DNA of 64,000 nt. Source: Lama glama. Its lineage: Eukaryota. The DNA is taken from the NCBI GenBank assembly GCA_028534125.1, contig CM052817.1, forward strand, positions 23,500,001 to 23,564,000, in the 5' to 3' direction. Below the pieces are notes generated by a model. That model was not told where the DNA came from. It was given only the letters and a program-made list of their open reading frames with translations, and ran no database searches. The position numbers were made by a program, and so were the translations under genes. Each line of letters opens with the position of its first letter. Positions within the stretch are counted from its first letter, which is position 1. Positions 12,190 through 24,430 of this stretch are shown piece after piece.

Positions 12190-13032
12190 ATCATTCAAAA
12201 GTCCACAAATGACAAATGCTAGAGAGGCTGTGGAGAAAAGGGAACACTCCTACACTGCTGGTGGGAATGCAGTTTGGTGCAGCCACTGTGGAAAACAGTA
12301 TGGAGATTCCTCAAAAGACTAGGAATAGACTTACCTTATGACCCAGGAATCCCACTCCTGGGCATATATCCAGAAGGAACCCTATTTAAAAATGACACCT
12401 GCACCCCAGTGTTCATAGCAGCACTATTTATAATAACCAAGACATGGAAGCAGCCTAAATGTCCATCAACAGATGACTAGATAAAGAAGAGGTGGTATAT
12501 TTATACAATGGAATACTATTCAGCCATAAAAATGACAACAGAATGCCATTTGCAGCAACATGGATGTGCCTGGAGAATGTCATTCTAAGTGAAGTAAGCC
12601 AGAAAGAGAAAGAAAAATACTATATGAGATCGCTCATATGTGGAATCTGAAAGCAAACAAACAAACAAACAAACCATAAATACAAAACAGAAACAGACTC
12701 ATAGACATAGAATACAAACTTGTGGTTGCCAAGGGGGAGAGGCATGGGAAGGGACAGACTGGGATTTCAGACTGGGATTTCAAAATTTGTAGATACTGAC
12801 AGGCATATGTAGAACAGATAAATAAGATTATACTGTATATTATACAGGGAAATACATACAAGATCTTGTGGTAGCTCACAGTGGAAAAAAAAAGTGATGA
12901 TGAATATATGTATGTTCATGTATAACTGAAAAATTGTGCTCTACACTGGAATTTAACACTGTAACATTGTAATTGTAATTACAATTTAACATTGTAAAAT
13001 GACTATAACTCAATAAAAAATGTTAAAAAAAA
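12190..13032 (+). mobile_element. Young 5'-truncated L1 (ORF2 C-terminus + 3'UTR + A tail) with 16-bp TSD
   Basis: ORF 12274-12480 ([32 protein letters not shown]...TCTPVFIAALFIITKTWKQPKCPS) is the L1 ORF2p C-terminal region. TSD TAAAGATCTCAGRCTC at 12174-12189 and 13033-13048, one mismatch. Confidence 0.95.
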
Positions 13033-13059
13033 TAAAGATCTCAGACTCTAAAGACAGAC

Positions 13060-13240
13060 AAAGCTAGATCTGAACTCAAGCTTTGGAAGAATTTAGCTTT
13101 GTAACCTAGAACATGAAGCTACTGCTCTTGAATTCACACTTGGTTTATGGGGATGATAATAAAATCCATCTCATACAATTATTATGAGTATGTATTAAAT
13201 GTGATATTATAAAAAATACCTTCATGTCAGAGACAAACAC
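13060..13240 (+). mobile_element. MIR SINE fragment
   Basis: TTTAGCTTTGTAACCTAGAACA...ATGGGGATGATAATAAAATCCATCTCATACAATTATTATGAG. Confidence 0.5.
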
Positions 13241-13256
13241 AATATATTCATCCTGC

Positions 13257-13343
13257 CAAGGTGACCAACCACCCCAGTTTGCCCAAGATCACCCTAGTGC
13301 CATGAAATCCCTCCATCCCAAACCAGGACATCTGGTCACCATA
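13257..13343. mobile_element. hAT-Blackjack MITE (MER81/MER94-like)
   Basis: Terminal inverted repeats AAGGTGACCAACCACCCCAGTTT ... AAACCAGGACATCTGGTCACCATA. Confidence 0.7.
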
Positions 13344-14049
13344 CACTACTCATACAAATATACATTCCATATATATATCTTCAGACTTTTTGGGAACACA
13401 ACTAAACATTTTTTTAACTACAGATAGGAAGATAGATAAATAGATAAATTATCAATATACAGTGCCTTAATAACCTAAAATTTAACTGTCCTAGAATTTC
13501 AACAGACTGTAACATTTAAGATCATGGAGAAAAAAAGACTTAGCAAGCAAAACAGATGCCTCCAATGTCACAAATACGGTGCTTGTGGCTTACTCATATG
13601 AGAAGTGACCAATCTCAAATCCTACAATTATTCCACAAAACAATCCTATCAAGTCTTGTTATTGGCTTTGCAAATTAATAGCAGAATAGAAACAAAATCT
13701 AAGATGAAGAAGAAAGTCTGCTATGGACAGTCACACTCAGAATTGAATTTCTGGGTCTTCCTAAATGGCAGTCACCTTCTAACAAAAAGTTCAAGGCCCT
13801 CATAAAAATGATTACAATTAAGGATGCAACAATAGGTAGACTTCATTCACACAGTTTAAATTATGAGCTGGCACCTGAGAAGAATAGAGAAACACAAGCA
13901 AACATGAGCAAATCTAGTATCATTTATTGAAGGAGTCAGTAGGGGAAAGACAAGGTGGAATGTGTTGCCTCAAAGCACAGCGAACCGAAATGCAGAAAGT
14001 TGACAATATGAAGTATTACATTGACCTTTTCCTGTAGTATTATTACAGA

Positions 14050-15600
14050 AGGATTTATTTATCCATCTAGCAAGGATTTATTGAGTCCTGTCATATTCTA
14101 GGAATACAATATTAAAGAAGACAGATAACATCCCTGTTTATTCTACCCAAAAAGGACAAACATATTAATGAACAAAATAATATTGAATAGTGAAAACTGC
14201 TATAGAAGAAATAAGGTAATTCGATCAAGAATGACTCAAAGGGCACTTAACATGGGATGGTCGGGGTGGGTCTCTCCAGAGACATGTCCCTTGAGCTGAC
14301 ATCTAAATAAGGAGAAGCAACTTGTCATAGAAAGAGCCTGAGAAGCTTCCTGGTCAAGGAAAAGACAAGGGTAAAGGCCTGGAGGAAATAAGTTATGTTC
14401 TGTGGAAGAGGAGCAGAGAAGAGACCACTGTGGAGTGGAGTAGCCTCTTGGCGTGTAGTGATGAGGGCTGCAGTCAAGCAGATAGAGATGAGGTCTTGAA
14501 GTCTATGGGACCAGGATAAGGTTGCTCTATGACGTCAGAGGAAGGTTCTAAGCAGAGGACTAACCTGATCTATTCTACATGTGTATTAATTTACAAGAGC
14601 TGCTGCAACCAAGTACTACAAACTGAGTCGTAAAGCAACAGAAATGTATGCTCTCACAGTTTTAGAGGCTAGAAGTCTGAATCAAGGTGTTGACCATGTG
14701 GCATTCTCTCCAAAGCCTTTAGAGGAGGGTGCTTCCTTGCTCCTTCCAGGCATTTCTGGTTATCCCCAGGCACTTCTTGGCTTGTGATAGTGTAACTCCA
14801 ATCTCTACTTCGATCTCATGCATTCTTCCTGTATGTGTTGCCTTTATAGGGCCATCCACTTATGGGAATACCAGTCATCTTAACTGCTTATATCTGCACT
14901 GACCCTATTTCCAAACAAGGTCACTTTTGGAAGTACTGGATGTTAAGACCTTAACATATCATTTTGGAAGAACACAGTTTGACCTATAATGACATGGATA
15001 AGAGATCACTCATGCCCCTCTCTTGCAAAAGGACGATAAAGGGGCAAGAGTGAAAGGGGACCAGTTAGGAACTCATTACCATAGTTAAGGTAAGAGTAAA
15101 TTTGTATCTTGTTCTAAGTTATTAGCAGGGAAGACTGAGAGAAGATACTGTTGGAGGGCATCAATGGACCAGCTTGTGAATTAAATGTGAGGGATGAGCA
15201 AAGAAAAATTCAGTTATAACTTCGGCATTTTTAATGTTAACAGTGGAAGACATGAATGGTGGCATTAATTGAAATGGGAAATATTGGCAAAATAACAAAG
15301 AATAAATTTGGGGTACAGGAGGAAGTGTATGTGTGTTTAATGTGTTAAGTTTGACACATCAGATCTTCAAGTGGAGGTACTTGATATATCAGTCAGAAGC
15401 TCAACAGAGAGTTATGTAAGTGAGTTTTTCAGTCACATGTGAATGTAATAATACAACATGAGTAATAATATAATACAATTAATTAGTATTAATCCAGGGA
15501 ATGGCCTGGATAAGAAACCACAAAGAAGGAGGCCAGGACTGAGTCCTGAAACAAAACTGTTTCTGAAGCATGTCATGATAAATGGAGTTCTTCAGCAATA
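14050..15600 (-). mobile_element. L2 LINE, interrupted by an MLT1 LTR
   Basis: GATTTATTGAGTCCTG at the left (L2 3' end reversed), CCCTTGAGCTGACATCTAAATAAG, GGTTCTAAGCAGAGGACTAACCTGATC; resumes GATCACTC... after 14990. Confidence 0.7.
14582..14990 (-). mobile_element. MaLR solo LTR, MLT1 (B/C-like), nested in L2
   Basis: TGTATTAATT...CAGAAATGTATGCTCTCACAGTTTTAGAGGCTAGAAGTCTGAATCAAGGTG...CCCTATTTCCAAACAAGGTCAC...GAACACAGTTTGACCTATAA. Confidence 0.85.
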
Positions 15601-15693
15601 TAACTGCTAAAAGGAGCTAAAAAGATGAAATATAAATAGAATGCAGATTTCGAATTTCTATGAAATGATGCTATGTGGTGGTAGTATTAGTGG

Positions 15694-15694
<1 letters not shown>

Positions 15695-15722
<28 letters not shown>
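15695..15722. repeat. (TG)14 microsatellite
   Basis: Direct read. Confidence 0.95.
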
Positions 15723-15724
<2 letters not shown>

Positions 15725-16169
15725 GGGAGAGTTGTCTTGAAGATTTTGTTCAGTATAAAGGGCTTTTCTATGGAGATATGAATATACACTTGGTATTAAA
15801 AGCTAGGTATAAATAAAAGTCTGTGCAAGTGGCTATTTGTCTTTATTGGTAATCAGGGTGAAAGAAATTAAAGAAACTCTCCTGTAATCCATTCACTCTC
15901 TTTATTGGGAAGTGGTGGCTTCCAGGGAAAGTCATACAACATAGTCTAATCTCCTCATAAATATACTAATAAATGACCTTCCTGGTTGCAGACTAATGAT
16001 ATTTACTAAGCGAAAGATTCTTAACTACACTACTGCTCTTGTTTTTGGTAAATAAACTCAGAATTTATGAATTTATGGAAAAATGTCATCTAGGCTGATG
16101 TATAAAATGGAAATGTTTCATGAATTAAATGCTCCAGGATGTGTCAGGTAATATTTCACATTCCTCACT

Positions 16170-16380
16170 TAGAGACTCATCCATCCTGTTCCCGAGTGCA
16201 TAGCTGATGCAGCGAAGAGAGGAAGTGAGGAGGCGCCCTCCACACGCCTGCCCTCTCCCTGCGTTTCTTGTGCCTTTTGAAAACTGGCACGTTTGAAGCT
16301 ATTAGTAATGCTTATTACTGGATAAGATTTCTGATTCTTGTGAATCTGATTTGCCAAATTTACTTTTTGTTAGGTAAGTA
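16170..16380 (+). promoter_or_regulatory. Local CpG/GC-enriched island with PU.1/ETS site, CTCF-like motif and downstream splice donor
   Basis: Six CpGs in ~100 bp within a CpG-poor window. AAGAGAGGAAGTGA at 16215-16228. GCGCCCTCCACACG at 16233-16246. GTAAGT at 16374-16379. Confidence 0.4.
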
Positions 16381-18219
16381 ATTACTCTCATTCCAAACCT
16401 CTCCCGCCTCCTACAAGATAGTTCCCTTAGAGTTTTCTTCACAAAGGCTCTGAAACTGTGGAGTAGAAATGACCCAGGTGACCTGAGCTGTCTGCTGCAG
16501 GACTGCTTAACTTTCAGCAATGGCTACTGCTGCTTGGGGTGAGAAAAACAAGGGTTACAAAATAATTAGTTTGAATATTTGAGATCAAAGCTAAGTTTCA
16601 ACTCTATTTCTACACTATTCTGTGCTATGTATTAGTGTAGAAAAATCTGTAATACATATTGGAAGGAGTCCAAGCTAGAAATTACTAAAACTATAAAACT
16701 GTTTGTGTTTTAGAAGTGAAACTTAAGTTATTAGATAAATTTAAATGTTTTTTTCAATATTCATTCTCTGGAGGTCCCAGATAGTTAAGACTTCATTGTC
16801 TGTACATTGAAGACAAATGGTAAGAGATGGCATGCTACATCAATTATTTGGGCATTATTATCTAAAGTACCTGATATAGAAAGGTGGCATTTTCACAAGG
16901 ATTGATTTAAACTAATGTTTGTATTCATTTCAAAAGTCCTTCCCCTTTTGCCTTTCTTTAACCTTTCCCACTCATCACCTGCCATTTCAACCACCCATAG
17001 TGATTTGGAAAAGATGGCCTTACCAGCACACCCGAGAACAGAAGCATCAAGTACCCCCTTTGGAATATGTAAAAAAAAAAGTATTTGTTTTATCAATAAC
17101 TCAAATATTATTTTGAGCATTTATTCCATGTAATAGTAACAGAATAAATGATCACGTCAGTATTTTCAATGTTACTCCAGACCTCACCCTCTATGATTCT
17201 TCTTCTCAGGGTGAATAAAATTAAGGGTGTGTATTCAGTGCTCACTGATGTCTCCTGAAAGCTGGCACATACTGATACTGCATGACTCCTGGGTTTTTCT
17301 TCCTCTGCCTTGCCCTCTTCCACAAAGGGTACAGTCCCATCTCATCTCTGCTGGCACAGGACAAATCCGGTATTGCTTCTGTGGCCTCTTATCACTTCCG
17401 AAAGACTCCCTGGGTGCTTGTCTCTGAGATGACAACTAGATGTACCCTGTCCAGCCACTGGGCAAGGGACTGCTCTTCCAGCCCATTCCACAGAAAGTGG
17501 TTTTGGGCTCGCTCTCAATGCCCCTGGCACCAGTCAAAGCCAGTTCTCTTCTACTATTGCTGAATGTTGGCAAAAGACACCCCTGTTGAGCTACTCTCTA
17601 CCAGGGATTTGTGAAAGAATTAGGACAAAAGGTATCTCTTCACATTCATTTCCTTAAATACACATTCTAGATTGAAGTCCCTTCCCAGATATTTCCAGTA
17701 CTATTGGGTTCTATTATTTCCTCTGATGACACTTCCAGCCAGTCATAAAATCTTTAATAAGTCTAGGATAGAAAACCCAACCCATAAATCAGAAATTTTT
17801 TTTTTATAAAATCTAGTGTTTGCTTTTAAATAACTTTGACATTTAAACTGTAAATATTCTCTAGGAGATCAAAGAAATCTTTTTTTTCAAATTATTATGA
17901 GTTTTAGAAATTTTGAAACATTATTTTAAAATAAAAAGATGATTTTTAGCACCCCTTTATGCTCTGGTGTTCTGCTAAGCCACACTTCCCAGATAGCCCT
18001 AGATGGTTGGATTGGCATGTGAAAGGTTGGTTAGAATTAAAGAAGTGAAAAAAAAAATGGGGAAGAATTATTGGAATAAGTTATCACATTAGTTTAAATC
18101 AAGCAATTTCCCTGCTACAGGGTTGATTCTGGGACAAGAGCAAAGGTAGCCTAGTATTCGAATCTTTTCAAATCCCTACATAAAAATAAGAAGAGAAAAT
18201 AGCACAATGAAAAGACTCG

Positions 18220-18825
18220 TGTACCATTCTTAAAACTAAACCAGGTGAAAAGGTATCATTATGAGCTCAAAAATACAAGTCACTGTAAAAAAAAAAAAAT
18301 ACTTGCATGTTATCAGCATCTGTAAGGAGAAAGCAGAGGGTAGCACCAAGGTATCTGATGGGGCTGAGAAAGAAAAGCTCCAAAATAATCGATAGGTCCT
18401 CACTAGGGATCATGGTGAGACAGCCACAGAACAGCAGCTGAAATGGACAGAGGTGGTTCCCAGTCCAGAAGTTGAGCGCAAGGCATCATGGCAAGATCTG
18501 CAAGGGGCTAGAGGACCCATCTATAAACTCAACAGAAGCTGAAAACATCCAGAACTTCTTCTAGGATAAGACCCCCGCATTGAGGAGAAAGAGCTCAAGG
18601 TAGAATAAAAATTTAGTAAAAAAGTGATATTAGAAAGTGAAAACCCGTATAAAAGAGAGGAGGCGATACAGCCAGGAAATCTTAAGAATCAAGTCACCAT
18701 GCAGTTCTTCACCACATGAACAGAAGAGGACGGTCTGTGAAGGTAGGAAAAAAAAAATACCCTGAGCCACACTTTCTTCTAAAAGTTTAGGAAAACCAAT
18801 TCAAGTAAAATTAAAGAATAGAACA
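18220..18825 (+). mobile_element. Probable old L1M/HAL1 5'-region fragment
   Basis: Purine-rich sequence resembling ancient L1 5' regions and adjoining other L1 fragments. Family uncertain. Confidence 0.35.
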
Positions 18826-18828
18826 GTA

Positions 18829-18951
18829 TCAGCACAGGGAATTACAGCTATTACTTTGTAATAAATTTTATAAACTGTAAGGATACTGAATCATCATGCT
18901 GTATACCTAAAACTAATATAATTCTGTAAATCAACTATACCTCAATAAAAA
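18829..18951 (+). mobile_element. Short L1 3' terminus
   Basis: CAGCACAGGGAATTACAGC...TGCTGTATACCTAAAACTAATATAATTCTGTAAATCAACTATACCTCAATAAAAA. Confidence 0.8.
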
Positions 18952-18954
18952 GAC

Positions 18955-19172
18955 TGATATGGAGCGAATTGTTTCCCCTCAAACTTCATATGTGGAAGTA
19001 CCCCCCACCCCGCCCAGTACCTCAGCAAGTGACCTCATTTGGAGACAGGATCTTTAGAGAGGAAATCAACTTAAAATGAGGTTATTAGGGTGGACACTAA
19101 CCTAGTATGACTGATGTCCTAACAAAAAGGAAATTTAGAGATAGACACACACATGGGAAATGATGTGAAGAT
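18955..19172 (+). mobile_element. MLT1 (A/B-like) LTR, 5' part
   Basis: TGATATGGAGCGAATTGTTTCCCCTCAAACTTCATATGTGGAAG...GTGACCTCATTTGGAGACAGG...AAAATGAGGTTATTAGGGTGG. Confidence 0.8.
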
Positions 19173-20585
19173 TTATGATACCACAAGTGGTAGTATTTGT
19201 AATGTTATTCTAAGATTTGTATGCATATAATGTGGGATAAAGTTAATGAAAAATTATGGAATTATTTTAATTCTCTCATCCATTATGTCCTTTAGGGCAA
19301 GAATTCTCAGAATGGAAAAAGAGGGAAATACAGATTTAACACAGAGGGTTAAATTTTAAAAGTTAGGCTTAAATTTAAATTGCAAGTATGAACACTAAAT
19401 TGGAAGATATAATGTGGAAAAAAATGACAACCTTGGAAGCTGCAGGAATCTCTAGAGCATAGCTTGTAGTTTGAGTTCCCAGTACCTATGAAAAGAAACC
19501 AGCACTCCTTGAAGAAATGCTGATTCCAGGCTGGGGCAGAAAATTTATGTGATGACCCTGGAATATCCTAGTCACACCAAATACTGAGGAGGCTATCAAA
19601 GTCAAATAGGGTCATATCAGCCAACTGGGTGACGCCAAACAAATCAAGCAATAACAATAACAGACCAAAGGTGCCAGCTCAAAGAATCTCCCACTAACTT
19701 GAAAATGTAAGCTTGAAAAAGAATAAAAATTTCCATTGTTTGAAACTCATTGATTCATTTGAATTGATAAATTGAAAATTATGTCAGAAAAAGAAAACAG
19801 CTAATTGGTCAACTTTGGAGGATGATAGGGCATCAATTCACTTATTTTGAAAACTTGTAAATGTGAGAAAATTACAGCTACTTAGCCTATTTTTCCTGAA
19901 CTAACTGTGCCACTGCATAACCAAATACTACATGATGTAAAGTGCCTCTTTATAAAAAGCATTTAAGCTATTAAATGAGAAAGGAGTGATTGACTTAGTG
20001 TCACCATTTTTGCAAATGCCCAACAAATTTTGGGATGTACTAGGCATTGAATATCAACTGCATTTCTAACAAAGACAATTAGACATCATGTACCTTCTAC
20101 TGCAGAAACACACCTCGGTCTATAATCTTAAAATAGGGATCAGAAAAGAATCTGATCAAGCCTCTGGATCCAGCCACCCATATGCAATCAAAAACCCAGA
20201 CTGTTGGAACATCAACAGATACATTATAAGAAAATTAAAGTAGAGAAGAGGATACTTATAAGAAGAATTTTAAAATATACCACAGCTTCAAAAAATAGGA
20301 AAGACTATAATTTCTAGGAATGTACTTTTAGTGATAAAATTGCAAAGAAATTTAAGAAATTGGTTACCATAAAAGTCAAGATAATGATTGCTTTTGGGGA
20401 AAGAAGGAATTTAAAATTTGAATGGGACACATGAGGAGTTTCAAGGGTGGGTGACAAAATTATATTTCTTGACCTGGGCATAAATAAATTATTTGGAGGT
20501 TAGCCTTACAATAACCCATTAAGGAGTACATTTGTTTATGGTGATTTATCCATGTATGAGTTTTATTTTATAATAAAAATGATGA
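19173..20585 (+). mobile_element. Old L1 (L1MC-like) long 3'UTR
   Basis: GCACTCCTTGAAGAAATGCTGATTCCAGGCTGGGGCAG, GAATCTGATCAAGCCTCTGGATCCAG, TATTTCTTGACCTGGG; ends ...TTTTATAATAAAA. Confidence 0.7.
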
Positions 20586-20746
20586 AATATAAATATTTTT
20601 AGGCTCCACAAATTTTATGTTGAAAATCTGTACTGTACACCCAGTTTTGTTGGGCAGGTTATCTCCATTATTGCCATGACTCTGTTATTTGAAATCATTA
20701 ACTATGGGAATAGAAAGAAAGAGAAGAGATTAAGAAAAGAGCATAG

Positions 20747-20877
20747 CAGGGGAGTGGGTATAGCTCATCGGTAGAGTGCATGCTTAGCACTCACAAGGTC
20801 CTGAGTTCAATCCTCAGTATCTCTATTTTTAAAAAAAGAATAAAAATAAGTGCTCATAAAAAATGAAGTCATAAGAA
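20747..20877 (+). mobile_element. tRNA-derived camelid SINE (vic-1-like) with 15-bp TSD
   Basis: GGGGAGTGGGTATAGCTCATCGGTAGAGTGCATGCTTAGCACTCACAAGGTCCTGAGTTCAATCCTCAGTATCTC, with A-box TAGCTCA..GG and B-box GTTCAATCC, then an A-rich tail. TSD AAGAAAAGAGCATAG at 20732-20746 and 20878-20892. Confidence 0.85.
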
Positions 20878-23599
20878 AAGAAAAGAGCATAGTGAGTATA
20901 ATATACCAAGCACAAGTGCCAAGTTGGCCCTTCACATTAGGGAGTACCAGGAACCCACCATGTGAGTGAACAGGTGGACCGACCAGAGAGAATTTCTTGG
21001 ATAATTTATGAAGGATAGTAGAAATGAAGAAACATCCCATTTTTCTTAACTATTTGAAGCTATTGAAAGTTATCAAAATTTCCTAAATAAAGCTATCAAG
21101 TTATACTTTATGTCTTAAGAGCCAAAACTAGTTTGGGAGGTGAGAGTAGACACATAGCGAAGCTTCCAGATAGCAATCAAATTCAGTATATACAGAATCC
21201 TCTGGTGTACTGCAACACAGATAACTCTAATACACCTTAATGAGCTTTCCCAAATAGGGTGACAGCTTCCCATCTTCCCTTTTACTCAATAAAGTAACTA
21301 ATGAATCTAACTCTCTTACAGTTCATTAGGATCTCAAAAAATTTTCTTTCTGCTCAACATCCAGATTCCCTGAGTCCTGCAGTACATCTGTTTTCTTTAC
21401 CAGTTCGTGGTATCTGAGAAAAATTACTCTAACCCTTAGGTCTTCTTTGGGAGAAAAGGGAAAAGGAAGAACAAGTGAGCAAATCACATATATTCACAGC
21501 AAAATTGCTCTAACTAAATAAATACACGAGGGGATATATGAATAAATGAAAATCGTACTTGGGGAAAGACGTTATTTATATAATTTAATCATATAATTAG
21601 CACTTATCTTGGTCTCAAACAAGGAACTGCAGAAGAGCTGACCAAGCTTGGATTTCTGTGGCTTGAACACATGCTCCGGAGGCACCAGGTACCACAAGGA
21701 CTAAATCTGGCCCTGGAGGGACTCTGTACATATGAGGAGAGATCCTTTGGTAAGAGGCAGGTTTCTCTTTCCTCAGCAATTCTGCCACAGCAGTCAGTAG
21801 AAACAAACCCTGCAGCACACGACCCAGGAATGCCTTCTCGTGAAAGGAGATTTTATTTTTCTTTTAATGTTTGGAGTTTACATACAGTTCATTACTTGTT
21901 GGGTAGTAGAGTACACTTGGATATATGGATAGGGAAGTGAAGCATGGAATATGAGTTCAGTCTAGTCACCATACATTTCTGAACTTTGGGAGAAGTCAGC
22001 AACTTCTCAAATATCTCAATTCTCACTCTGAGAGAATAGCTCTATGGGCTGATTCCCCCTAAGAATGTGTGGTACCCTGATCAGTTTAGGGTCACAGGTC
22101 ACAAATTTCTGACAACTGGCAAAGGCCAAGTAGCATTCTAGTGCAGTAAAAACAAAGAATTCTCCACCTTTCTACCTTCACTCAAGTACTGGTGGTTTTA
22201 GACGAAAGTGTGTGTGTGTGTGTCTGTCTTTGTGTTTACAAAACTACAACTAGAGTTCTGGGAACACAATTGTACATTAAACTTGAGATAGTTGGCCTGA
22301 GGGCTCAGACTATGCGTTTCCCTCATTTGGAAACCATGAGCTCCGTGCCAGAATATTCTTGCACAGCTTTTTAACTCATTCACTTCTTTCAAAGTAAAGC
22401 TAAAGAAAACATTGATGTCAAATTAATACAATTTCTGAGACCCTGAACTTACACACTCATTCTAGTAGAAGACAACTCAGCTTCTAAAGTATCTAAACCC
22501 TACCCTAGAATTGCAAACCCTCTTGTTGAATTTGATCAAAATGAAAAAGTGGGGAGGATGGATTTTGGAAAAAAAATTAACAATGATTTTGGATTTTAGA
22601 CTCTTAATTTAAAAGCAATAAAATTTGACTTAAAATCGTTTCTCTTTCTGACTTTGTTTCTGGATTTAATTTTTTTCAAGAGAATTTAAACCTTTAATGT
22701 TCCATGTATCTTTGAAATTTGATCAGAGAAAAAGGCTTTATTAAAATTACGGGCATCTCAATGTGGTTGACATTTTGCTATTGAGGTGACTAGTATTTTA
22801 ATAATAGAAATCCCTTACAATTTCATTTCATCTCATTACAGAATCTCTAATAGATTATATTAGACAAGGTGGCTGAACAAAGTTTGTGAGAGGAAACAGA
22901 ATAACAAATGAATTTTCAGCCTTGTGAACAGAATGACCCTGAAAGAAACTTACTAAAGACAAATCTGATCCATTTTGGAGATTTTTGACAGTATAAGCTT
23001 AATCTCCTCTGCTGATGAATGGCCTCAGGAAGAGACCCAAAAGAGCGGCCTATGGTACTTGGAGAAATGCCTCAAGAGGTTCTAAAGACTTACCATCTTG
23101 ATGGCTGGTCAGTCATTGGCTTGTGGTTAAGTCCAGTAGGTTAAGAGCGGGGAAAAAGCTATTGATATGACTCTTGCCTCCCTCTTTCCCCTTAACCAAG
23201 TAAATGACGTGGCTCGGGAATTAGAGGATAAGGTAAGTTGACGCTCAGTGTCTACTGCTCACTCCTAATTTGCCTTTCTCTGATGCAGAGGTTGTGAAAT
23301 GCGGCCTTCCCTAGATACCTTTATCTTCATCAATAATAGCATTAATATTTTACTCTTTCACTGCTGATTCTTGTAATACCCAATTGCTTCATAACCTGAA
23401 ATAGATGAGTGCTGTTTTCTGGACTTCATCACAACCCATTACATTAAAAAGGGAAAACACACCAATTTCAGAAAACTAGAAAAATATAGGGCAGCAGACT
23501 GTATTCTTTTTATTTTGAGCTATTTGACTTTTCCTCACTAATGAATAGAGGCCTTAACATTTTAGACAGTAATCTTTTGTCTGGCAAATACTAACTCAC

Positions 23600-24430
23600 A
23601 TTTCATCAAATTGGTATTCCCACTACTCCCATCCGTCCTTCATATCATTGCAAGTGATCTTTCTAAAATTTAAATTTAATTATATTAATCCTCTACTTGA
23701 AACCTTTCATTTCAGGCAAGACAAAGTTAAAATTCCTTGTTCAAATAAGGTTCTCATCTGTCTGGCCACTGCCTACCATTTCAAACTTACGTCTCACTTC
23801 AGTTCCCCTGGTTACTCTGTCATCACCCTTGTGCTGCTTAAACCCACTCTCTACACAATGCACCAGCAGTAGGAATACACTCATGTCCATGTCCTGCTCA
23901 ACACCTTGTAAAATCCCCTCCTGACCTAGCACATACAATGTAAGCTCATTAAAACAGCCTTCAAGGTGACCCATGACCTGACTATAGCCTTGCTCCGCAG
24001 TCCCATTTTCTGTCATGACTGATGTCACACTTCATGCTTAAACAATGTAAAACCGTGTATAGAGTCCCCAGAGGTACAATATAATTCCTAACCTCTGAGT
24101 CTTTGCTCATACAGGATTTTGTTTTTGAAATGTCATCCCTTTCTTGTTTATGGCTCTCTCCCAATTTTTAAGTCGTAACCCACATGTCCCTCCCTCCCTG
24201 CCAAACTCTAAGAGAAGTGAGATGGCGCTTACTGCGTGCTGCTGGGATATCCTGTGCAGACTTCTATAATAGCCCTTTCCACATCGTTTATAATTATCCG
24301 ATTGTATGTATTTCCCCCACTGGATTTAAGCTCCTTGAGAACAATGACTTACTTAATCATATGATTACTTCTCTAATGCTTGAAGAACAGAAGAACCAAC
24401 AGTTATATGTTGGATTGAACACTGAAGAAT
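23600..24430 (+). mobile_element. L2 LINE 3' fragments
   Basis: AAGTGATCTTTCTAAAATTTAAAT...CTCTACTTGAAACCTTTCA and terminus CCCCCACTGGATTTAAGCTCCTTGAGAACA...TATGTTGGATTGAA. Confidence 0.6.

Noticed and set aside
16607..16643. 11-bp perfect inverted repeat (TTTCTACACTA / TAGTGTAGAAA, 15-nt loop)
   Set aside because: Too short for a pre-miRNA, with no TSD or TIR family recognised; plausible by chance in AT-rich DNA.
17108..17563. Cluster of overlapping 60-90 aa ORFs in GC-richer DNA
   Set aside because: No recognisable protein motif or convincing splice boundaries; short ORFs on both strands are expected where stop codons are rarer.
20747..20826. Possible tRNA gene
   Set aside because: The stems are imperfect, and an A-rich tail with a 15-bp TSD shows it is a retroposed SINE.
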